Shown piece by piece: positions 38,240 to 46,089 of a stretch of 64,000 bases of DNA. The stretch covers positions 11,255 to 75,254 of IMG/VR virus record IMGVR_UViG_3300038345_000103, one strand, 5' to 3'. How positions within the stretch are numbered: the stretch's first letter is position 1; each line of letters starts with the position of its first letter. The DNA is from a virus. Its lineage: Duplodnaviria > Caudoviricetes. The notes under the pieces were generated by a model that worked only from the letters and a program-made list of their open reading frames with translations, had not been told where the DNA came from and made no database searches. The position numbers were made by a program, and so were the translations under genes.

Positions 38240-38384
38240 TCAAGTGTAAATGCATCAAACCCTTGTATTTTCAAGGATTTATGCGAATCAGATACGATTC
38301 GAATCCCATTAGGTGCGTTAAAAACCCTTGAAATATGGGGCTGTTCGAAATCGCATATTGTTACTGTAATCAAAATGTAACCAA
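38235..38384. mobile_element. putative attP site
   Basis: arm-type repeats TGTAATCAA (38235, 38365) and TGTAACCAA (38376); AAACCCTTG twice; core GATTCGAATCCCATTAGGTGCG (38296-38317) resembles a tRNA 3' end. Confidence 0.7.
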
Positions 38385-38406
38385 GGAGAGACGCTGTATG
38401 AGAGCA

Positions 38407-39462
38407 TCACTTGGTTTTGGCTTTTAACTTAGTCTTATTATCTTTTACCATTAAATTCTTACAACCCTTTTCTGTTACATACAGATAATATTTTTCTATA
38501 TCACTTTTCTTTTCAAAAGTGTTACTGGTTATTATAACAGTATCAACACAACTATTATCAATATAGATTCCCGTACACTTGTTTTCTCCCAAAGAGCCAG
38601 TACAAAGATTATTATAAAAATAAATACCCTCGCATTGTCCGTCTTTTATTTGCGGGAAAGTTTTCTCTCCTAATAAATCATAGGAAAAATCCTTGTTGTA
38701 TATCCTTGCCACACGTCCATATTGATTAAAAATATTATCATGTACTTCAACATCGGTCATACCTATTAACGATAAACATGACTGACTTCCAGTACATGTG
38801 AAGGTGTTGTTCTTTATCTCAATATCACGATGTGTTCTACCTCCGATAATCTGCGAATGTGTACCGATACAAGCCGTAGGATAATCACGACTTGATGATT
38901 TATCGAACTTACATTCTGAAATAACAATACCCTGACACATTGTACCATCATAACATTTTGATTTCTTTGAACTTCCTTCTTTCCAAAACCCACCGGCATA
39001 TGCAGCATCTATCTGTATCATTTCTTTATACGGTACTTCTGTATTACAACCTAAGAAATTACAGCATAAAATAACTACATCTTTTGAACTGTTAATTTCA
39101 ACCGCATGACATCTTGTATCTAAAAATGTACAATTTAAAATAGCAACCTGATGACTATGAAAGAAGGTCAGCAAATTATCCGGCGAATACTTTCCCATAC
39201 CCTCAAAGATACCATCATTGATAGTTATATTACCATCGCCATTATATCCCTTGGTTGATGTTTTACAGTTATTTAAAAAGATACTCTGTATATTAGCACA
39301 TCGTCTTAAACGGGCACCATTCATATTAAGCACAGAATTAGCCTTTAATATCAATTGCTTTGTAATATTATAAGTGCCTTTCTGCCATGCAATTGTACCA
39401 CCTTTATTTAACTTCTGCTGTATGGTGGTCATTGAGTCGCTTGTATATATCATATATATCAC
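38407..39462 (-). CDS. right-handed beta-helix (pectin lyase-like) protein
   Basis: parallel beta-helix repeats (IKNNTF, VHDNIFN); GGTIAWQKGTY; HAVEINSS. Confidence 0.75.
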   Translation of the reverse strand: MIYMIYTSDSMTTIQQKLNKGGTIAWQKGTYNITKQLILKANSVLNMNGARLRRCANIQSIFLNNCKTSTKGYNGDGNITINDGIFEGMGKYSPDNLLTFFHSHQVAILNCTFLDTRCHAVEINSSKDVVILCCNFLGCNTEVPYKEMIQIDAAYAGGFWKEGSSKKSKCYDGTMCQGIVISECKFDKSSSRDYPTACIGTHSQIIGGRTHRDIEIKNNTFTCTGSQSCLSLIGMTDVEVHDNIFNQYGRVARIYNKDFSYDLLGEKTFPQIKDGQCEGIYFYNNLCTGSLGENKCTGIYIDNSCVDTVIITSNTFEKKSDIEKYYLYVTEKGCKNLMVKDNKTKLKAKTK

Positions 39463-39746
39463 CTGTTAATATATTGTTGTTTTCGATTTTCTTTGATTGC
39501 TATAAGCCGTTGCAGTTTTTGCGTATAAATATCATCTGCCGATAATCGCCGTAATGATACAAGCAGATATATCGGCAGATGATAAGGAATACGCCTATGA
39601 ATAACCATATCAATCAGATACTTAGCAGTCTTAAAATTTCTTATGTGGGTATGCCCATCTTTAAACTGCTTATCTTTATTGATTACGATAAATTCAGCAT
39701 CTGCACGAATTATAACAAAGTTCTCTTTACTGTAAATTTGATTCAT
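39459..39746 (-). CDS. conserved phage hypothetical protein
   Basis: FIVINKDKQFKDGHTHI motif. Confidence 0.6.
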   Translation of the reverse strand: MNQIYSKENFVIIRADAEFIVINKDKQFKDGHTHIRNFKTAKYLIDMVIHRRIPYHLPIYLLVSLRRLSADDIYTQKLQRLIAIKENRKQQYINR

Positions 39747-39960
39747 TGTTATTATCGTTATGAGTCTTATTATAATTAAGTGTTGAAATACCTAATAATG
39801 CTCCTAAAAAGCAGTCTATAGCAGTTATAGTACCAACTATCTGTTCACCATAAGGCAAACCCCAAATTGTCGCTAATGCGAAATAAAGAGTACCTAAAGC
39901 GGGTAAAACAACCTGAGCTATAAATTTAAGTAAATCATAAATGTGATTTGAGAATTTCAT
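39727..39960 (-). CDS. holin, Dp-1 family
   Basis: YDLLKFIAQVVLPALGTLYFALATIWGLPYGEQIVGTITA. Confidence 0.9.
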   Translation of the reverse strand: MKFSNHIYDLLKFIAQVVLPALGTLYFALATIWGLPYGEQIVGTITAIDCFLGALLGISTLNYNKTHNDNNNESNLQ

Positions 39961-40049
39961 CTGTCATCCCTACCTTTCCCTTTTAATAAAAGTAAATACC
40001 ATGCTGCTAATAGCAAATAAAGTAAGATTCCTAAAATCCATTTCAACAT
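39957..40049 (-). CDS. 30-aa single-TM peptide coupled to the holin
   Basis: MLKWILGILLYLLLAAWYLLLLKGKGRDDR; its stop overlaps the holin ATG (ATGA). Confidence 0.5.
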   Translation of the reverse strand: MLKWILGILLYLLLAAWYLLLLKGKGRDDR

Positions 40050-41056
40050 CTCATATGCACCACCCCTACTTTCTTAAAGAATCCTACTAACATATCGTCA
40101 GATGTTGCATCATTATAATGATTAACCATCTCCGGCGAATCCCAACCGACAAATTCCTGAACAATATTCTCAGGGACGCCAGCCTTCAAAAACTGCGTTG
40201 TGGCATAATGTCTGATACTATGCCAATAAAAATCCTTGCCTATCATAGTTGTCAATTGGGCAGCCCAATAATCCATTGAATCTACGGTAATATGTTCAGC
40301 CGGATTTGCAGTTTTAGGGAATAACCATATACTGTCAATACCCTTTGCCTTTCTATCATCCAACCACAGCTTCAAATACGGGTCAAATGGCTCCTTTAAT
40401 ATATACAGGTATATTTGTTTACCCTTGGAACCTTTTCCTTTAGTTATGACCTTTTCAGGCGTCTTATAGAAGATGTTTTCCAATACACACTCTGGTGTAA
40501 AGTATGATACCTTAAAACGTGTAATCTCTGCTTTACGTCGAGCAGAGTTCATAGCAAGGCTTAACGCACATGCTATTTCATATTGTTTCTTTTCTACCAA
40601 AGTATCTAATATTGATTGTAGTTCCTCCGGTTCAAAAACGGTTTTATCACGCACTAATACTTTAATAGGATTTTTAATCTTATTAATAATCGGACGAAAA
40701 TCTTTAAATTCTTCTTCTTCATCAAGAATGTCTTCAATAAAACTTGATAATGAAGACAAGGTTGACTTCACACGACGTAATCTGTTTGGACTCCATTCCC
40801 ATTCAGACAACGCTTTACCTTGAAACTTTGTTAAATCTTTCTTTGAAATTTCAGTAAATGGCTTATTATCATTATCCGTTACATTCCAACAAAAGAAGAA
40901 GTTTAAGTCATACTTATACTGTTCAATCGTTGTCTTTGCCTTATCTGTAGATTGTAGATATTCAAGAAATGATGTAATTAAATAAGCATTTTGTCTATGA
41001 AACTTTGCAATTAATTCAGGTTTCGTAATAAAGTTGAGTTTTGTTTGTCTTGACAT
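40043..41056 (-). CDS. tyrosine recombinase in the late operon (SPbeta YomM-like position)
   Basis: SARRKAE, KGKG, HSIRH, GW, NHY; RBS AAGGAG. Confidence 0.88.
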   Translation of the reverse strand: MSRQTKLNFITKPELIAKFHRQNAYLITSFLEYLQSTDKAKTTIEQYKYDLNFFFCWNVTDNDNKPFTEISKKDLTKFQGKALSEWEWSPNRLRRVKSTLSSLSSFIEDILDEEEEFKDFRPIINKIKNPIKVLVRDKTVFEPEELQSILDTLVEKKQYEIACALSLAMNSARRKAEITRFKVSYFTPECVLENIFYKTPEKVITKGKGSKGKQIYLYILKEPFDPYLKLWLDDRKAKGIDSIWLFPKTANPAEHITVDSMDYWAAQLTTMIGKDFYWHSIRHYATTQFLKAGVPENIVQEFVGWDSPEMVNHYNDATSDDMLVGFFKKVGVVHMRC

Positions 41057-41970
41057 CCTTGTTCTCCTTTCCAAATACTTAGCCACCTTTGACGAGTAGC
41101 CGTATAAGTATCTTCACTTTTAAAATCCTTTGGTATCCTTGTTATAATCTCTTGTAAATTTGTTATCCTCGTTATGTCCAATGGTACACGATAACCATTA
41201 ATGCCATTCTTAACTACATCACGGAATATCGGTATATCACATACAATCACCGGCGTACCAATCATCAATGCTTCATGTACTGCCCGACAATATCCTTCAG
41301 ACTCTGATAATTGAATCAAATAATCCGCATCAGAGATACGTTGATATAAATCTTCCTGAGAAATCTGTTGATAACAATGAATCATATTATAATGATACAT
41401 ACTTGTATCACAATAATTATCCCAAACAAAATCCACATTCATCTTACATAATATCTCACATAGCTGCTGCATACGCTGGCTGCCCTTTTTAGGCTGTATA
41501 CGGGTACAGCTTATCAATCGTAACTTCTGATGCGATTGTTTTGGTTTTAACTTTGGTACTGGCACCAACAAGCCCTCGACATAACTACATGGTAATCCAA
41601 ATCTTTTTGTAAAATTCTCTGCCGCATAACGTGATACTGCTATATAGTTTTCATTAATACAAAAAGAAGGTGGAACTTTATAATCAATCCCACCATAATC
41701 ACAATGCAATATTGTATATGCCTGCTTACATTTCACATTCTTTGGTGCAGGTTTCCAATTATATGAGTTAATAAATATGTCAGTTACATAGGTTGCTGTC
41801 TTATCATAAAACTGAAAGTCATCAAACTGGTACATGAACCGCCTTGATTGGTCATCGGTCATGATTGTTATCTCATAATCATCTTTAAATGCATTATAGA
41901 ATGACAACAACCACGTATAAATCCCGTTAATCCATTTAAGATTTTCAACGTACAATAAAATCTCTTTCAT
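41011..41970 (-). CDS. glycosyltransferase, GT-B (family 4-like)
   Basis: SESEGYCRAVHEALMIGTPVIVCD. Confidence 0.85.
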   Translation of the reverse strand: MKEILLYVENLKWINGIYTWLLSFYNAFKDDYEITIMTDDQSRRFMYQFDDFQFYDKTATYVTDIFINSYNWKPAPKNVKCKQAYTILHCDYGGIDYKVPPSFCINENYIAVSRYAAENFTKRFGLPCSYVEGLLVPVPKLKPKQSHQKLRLISCTRIQPKKGSQRMQQLCEILCKMNVDFVWDNYCDTSMYHYNMIHCYQQISQEDLYQRISDADYLIQLSESEGYCRAVHEALMIGTPVIVCDIPIFRDVVKNGINGYRVPLDITRITNLQEIITRIPKDFKSEDTYTATRQRWLSIWKGEQGCQDKQNSTLLRNLN

Positions 41971-42793
41971 TCATCATTCCTTTTATTTCTTCACGTAATT
42001 GTTGTATATCCTCTTTGATTGTTTCGTCTTTGATTTCCATATAAGTCCGATACATAGTATACAACAACAAACCCTTTTCATTTCTTATTAACTCCGCATC
42101 TTGAACTATTTCTTCAAGAAACTGCAATCGTGCCTGATGAGCCAAAATTAAATCCTTTGTTTTATATAGATTACGTCCGGCTATTTGTCCACCAAACCGA
42201 TAATAATATGTAATCATCGGTAGGAGAGCAATACTTTCTGCTTTCCATACTAACTTATGAGTAGTGAACGTATCGTTATGTGTTAGTCCAGTTGGGAATT
42301 TTATATCATTAAATAACTTACGCCGATATAATTTATTCCATACTGTATTAAAAGTCACATTAAAAGCCCTAAATGGGAATCCACATATCTCCATCAACAC
42401 TTGACGCTTGTCAAATATAATAGGCTTATCAGAACCTGAACCTAAGTTAACATCTGCCTTTTGTGTATATCTACCTACAGCAATATCAGCATTGGTATCT
42501 ATCAGTGTTCGCATTAGTAATTCCAACGTCCGGCGATAGATATAATCGTCCGCATCCATAAAATATAGATACTCTCCTCGTGCATATAATAAAGCAATAT
42601 TCTGTGCTTCCGCTTGCCCAACATTATGGTCGAGGGTGATTTGTTCCACACCCTCAAACTCATAATGCCGTTGACTACCATCATCAACAAGGAGAAACTG
42701 TATTTTAGAAAATGTCTGATTTAATACTGAATCCACAGCTTGCTTAAGCTGGTCATATGGAGTATTATAATATGTCATAATTACAGTAATCAT
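41945..42793 (-). CDS. glycosyltransferase family 2
   Basis: LLVDDGS, YFMDADD, VWNKLYRR. Confidence 0.9.
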   Translation of the reverse strand: MITVIMTYYNTPYDQLKQAVDSVLNQTFSKIQFLLVDDGSQRHYEFEGVEQITLDHNVGQAEAQNIALLYARGEYLYFMDADDYIYRRTLELLMRTLIDTNADIAVGRYTQKADVNLGSGSDKPIIFDKRQVLMEICGFPFRAFNVTFNTVWNKLYRRKLFNDIKFPTGLTHNDTFTTHKLVWKAESIALLPMITYYYRFGGQIAGRNLYKTKDLILAHQARLQFLEEIVQDAELIRNEKGLLLYTMYRTYMEIKDETIKEDIQQLREEIKGMMNERDFIVR

Positions 42794-44586
42794 AATATAT
42801 CCTGTCCAATATATAACTTACGCATCTTACATCTGTTTATATACAAACGGCAAAACCATTCAGCATATGTATTGCTATTTAAACAAACAAAAGGGATAGG
42901 TTCAGTTGAGGTGTTAAATTCTTGATGGGTTGCCTCTGAACCATCAATGTAGATTGTGATTTTTGATATTAATCCGTTAGTCAATTCAACCTTAAATCGT
43001 ACGGTATGCCACTCATTATAACTCATCGATAATGCTGTATTGCCTATACTATACGTATGTCTTTCGAGAGCTTCGCTGGCTTCTTCTATTTCAATATATG
43101 GAGGATAGCTTCCCGCCGGATAAAATCCAAACATAAATACTTGACGGTCAACTGTATGTAAACTACCATAGCGGTCTTCGTATGTAAATGGAGTAAAGAA
43201 TCCAAGTTCTATATTATCCAAAGTATAAAAATTTACTTCCATATCAATATAGAATGTACATGTAGTAGGTATGATTCGATTGTTTATGTTAGCATAATCA
43301 TACAACCAACCAAGGTATGCATTGTCATTTTCACCTGTATCTAATACACCATTTGATAATGTCCATGTAGGTTCGTCATACATACAATCAAACATTTGAC
43401 CTTGAAGAGCAGTGCGAGGCTCCATAGCAGAACTATCAATTGTAAATGAACAAGTTCTTGAACTATCATATCGAACACTATCTCTGCCGTCAATTGAGAA
43501 GTCTGCATTGAAGAAATTACCATCCCAAACAGGAGGAGCATCAAGAGGTCTAAGATATGTTATCCTTGCATATCCATTACCGGCTTTAGGCTTTTTTTCG
43601 ATTGCTGCGACTGAATGATTTGATTTAGGTATTGTATAAGCATCTTCAGTAGTTACCTTTGCAACACCATATCCATACATCTTCTTATTAGTCAAGAGAG
43701 TGTTACCTATATATCCACTACCTGCACCTGCAGGACTGACACCCTCTTCAGCACCATAACCGCCATATAAACCGCCACCACCACCGGGAGCGGCTCCTTG
43801 TCCAAAAGCATACCCTGTTGATTGTGTTCCTGATTTACCTGTAATGGTCTGTCCACCATACTGAGGATTACTACCTGCGGCTCCACCACCACTAGCAGCA
43901 TAACTACCTAACGGAACAGTATCAACCAAATTTCTAACATTAGATTCCAGTTGCAATACAACCTTTGTTGCGTCAGTAGTATCTACAGCTTCGCCATCAT
44001 TAATATCTGCAAGAGTACTTAACGATAAAATCCCATTTTTACCGGATATTGCCGGAACACTTGACCACTGATAAGTCACGGGTAAACTACCATTTATATA
44101 CAAATTGAGTTCGGCACTTGTTAAAAAAACTGCGCCATAATCATATAAATCATATTTCTTGTATCGATAGTCTATACTATCTTTATTTGTAATGTAAGTA
44201 AATAAAGATTGTAAATTTGATGTACCCGTTAATGTTAAATTATGGTCATTACCATAATAATAGTTATATACAGGTGTACCGACAAAACCGCTAAATATTT
44301 GCAAATATAAGCCGGTGTTATTTCCGGTTGTTTGTATAAATTCTTCATTTGCAATATATAAATCGGTAATACCCGACGGAATATTAAACGCTGACACTAT
44401 ATAATAGCAAGTTCGATTATTGCCATAATCGGGCGCAATAATACAAGCATTATATCCTAAAGCGTTTACATTTGCTAAAACTTGAGCAAAAGTTCTGTAA
44501 GTGTCCGCACTCGGTGCGGGGTTGCGACCATTTTCAAAAGGATACTCGTTTGTATCGTCTAAAGGTTGTAACCTTGCATATGCCAT
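42790..44586 (-). CDS. tail/receptor-binding protein with the C-terminal third of a glycine-rich domain and a probable lectin-like C-terminus
   Basis: GYAFGQG..GGGGGLYGG..GSGYIGN..GNGYARIT. Confidence 0.7.
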   Translation of the reverse strand: MAYARLQPLDDTNEYPFENGRNPAPSADTYRTFAQVLANVNALGYNACIIAPDYGNNRTCYYIVSAFNIPSGITDLYIANEEFIQTTGNNTGLYLQIFSGFVGTPVYNYYYGNDHNLTLTGTSNLQSLFTYITNKDSIDYRYKKYDLYDYGAVFLTSAELNLYINGSLPVTYQWSSVPAISGKNGILSLSTLADINDGEAVDTTDATKVVLQLESNVRNLVDTVPLGSYAASGGGAAGSNPQYGGQTITGKSGTQSTGYAFGQGAAPGGGGGLYGGYGAEEGVSPAGAGSGYIGNTLLTNKKMYGYGVAKVTTEDAYTIPKSNHSVAAIEKKPKAGNGYARITYLRPLDAPPVWDGNFFNADFSIDGRDSVRYDSSRTCSFTIDSSAMEPRTALQGQMFDCMYDEPTWTLSNGVLDTGENDNAYLGWLYDYANINNRIIPTTCTFYIDMEVNFYTLDNIELGFFTPFTYEDRYGSLHTVDRQVFMFGFYPAGSYPPYIEIEEASEALERHTYSIGNTALSMSYNEWHTVRFKVELTNGLISKITIYIDGSEATHQEFNTSTEPIPFVCLNSNTYAEWFCRLYINRCKMRKLYIGQDIL

Positions 44587-44621
44587 TTAATACACTTCCT
44601 TTCTACGGTAAAACCGTTATT

Positions 44622-45191
44622 TTATACTATGCCTGCTTGTAACCAATTGTAAATCAAGGACATTTGTTCAGCAGTCGGCTCTTCTTGATTATACAAATAA
44701 TGGGTGCTGGGCAAGCCTTGGTTAATCAAAATATTAGTAACTGTACTTGGGAGATAAATTCCTATATATCCACCCATACCAGTATCAGAGGAATTTTGGT
44801 CACCAAACGTATAATAATATGTTATCCCACTTTTAGTTTTTTCCGTATAAGGATTGGAGTAGATACTAGTTATAGACCAACCATCGGCGTATATAAATTT
44901 CTTAGAAGACTGATAATCATTTATACCCCTATCGGCAGCTATGATACTTTGCCAGTTTTCACTAACTTCTAAATAATCTTTATCACACAAATGAATAGTA
45001 TCAGAGGAAACATTAAATCCTATAACTTCAACACCTTGATACCCAGACTCACATCTTGTATAAAATGCATTATAATTATAATTGCCAATAATATCTAAAA
45101 TCTGTGTTACAGTTCTAGATGTTGATTGACTTTGTGTGTATCCTCTTATAGGAATTTGTTCACCAAGATTAGTGAATATTTTAACACTCAT
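44622..45191 (-). CDS. putative tail accessory protein
   Basis: RBS AAGGAGG; Y/S/T-rich. Confidence 0.6.
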   Translation of the reverse strand: MSVKIFTNLGEQIPIRGYTQSQSTSRTVTQILDIIGNYNYNAFYTRCESGYQGVEVIGFNVSSDTIHLCDKDYLEVSENWQSIIAADRGINDYQSSKKFIYADGWSITSIYSNPYTEKTKSGITYYYTFGDQNSSDTGMGGYIGIYLPSTVTNILINQGLPSTHYLYNQEEPTAEQMSLIYNWLQAGIV

Positions 45192-45204
45192 TTAATCGTC
45201 CTCC

Positions 45205-46032
45205 TTAATATTCATCAACATATACAAATGAGGGTTTTGCAACTTGGTTTGTAGCATCAATTAAAAATCCAACGTTGATTTTGTTTATATCCGCAATTGT
45301 AGTACCAACGGGAGAATCAAAAGAATAAATGGCTGTAGAACCCGAATAAAGTGTAAAGGTTATTTTGCTATTAGCCACTTTGACAGTCATTTTGTTATTA
45401 TCTCCTGACCATAATATATCAATCTCGCTACCATCCCACGCACTACTATCTATTGCAAGTCCACTACCACCACCACCAGCTACGATTAAAACATCGCTTA
45501 AGTGTGACGATAATTCTGAAAGAAGTCCCGTTCTTGTAGCTATATGTGTTGCTCCACCACCAAAGGATGAAACAAGATATTCAGTTCCTGTAATTGCTAA
45601 ATAAGCATTATGTAGGTCATTAGTATCTCCCTCAGATATTAAATGCTCCACATAAAACCTAGTTTGGCTTGACGAATGATAACATATAAAAATCTGCCCT
45701 TGTTCCGTTTCATCATCAACAGCAAACGCAAGTCCAGTAAAATAATTTGTTTGCCAAATGGCAGTATTGGCTATTTGGTTCCACTCTACACCTTGATTCA
45801 TACGATATGCTTTAACACGAAGTGAACCGCTATTATTATTCAAATAATCAAGTTTTAAAGCATCTTTATTAAAAAATGTAAACCAATCAGATACCGTTCC
45901 ATAATCATATAGATTTTTACCTTCAGTGTACATTTTCGAGCTACTTTCTGCCTGATAAAATAATGACGTAACATTATTCAAAATGGTATTTGTAAATCCA
46001 TCGCCCTTAATTGTTGCCTGCCTTACCGACAT
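45205..46032 (-). CDS. tail protein with the middle part of a glycine-rich domain
   Basis: FGGGATHIA...VLIVAGGGG; RBS AAGGAG. Confidence 0.65.
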   Translation of the reverse strand: MSVRQATIKGDGFTNTILNNVTSLFYQAESSSKMYTEGKNLYDYGTVSDWFTFFNKDALKLDYLNNNSGSLRVKAYRMNQGVEWNQIANTAIWQTNYFTGLAFAVDDETEQGQIFICYHSSSQTRFYVEHLISEGDTNDLHNAYLAITGTEYLVSSFGGGATHIATRTGLLSELSSHLSDVLIVAGGGGSGLAIDSSAWDGSEIDILWSGDNNKMTVKVANSKITFTLYSGSTAIYSFDSPVGTTIADINKINVGFLIDATNQVAKPSFVYVDEY

Positions 46033-46050
46033 TTTGTTCAACTCCTTTTT

Positions 46051-46083
46051 TAAAAAAAATAGGGCAGCGAATTAACACTGCCC
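46051..46083 (-). terminator. intrinsic terminator after the large tail gene
   Basis: GGGCAG/CTGCCC stem followed by a U-tract on the - strand. Confidence 0.65.
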
Positions 46084-46089
46084 GCAATA

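Noticed and set aside
44690-45229. 9-nt match ATTTGTATA between the ends of the 278-aa and 189-aa genes as a fusion site
   Set aside because: The two copies are in different reading frames; joining them creates an immediate stop.
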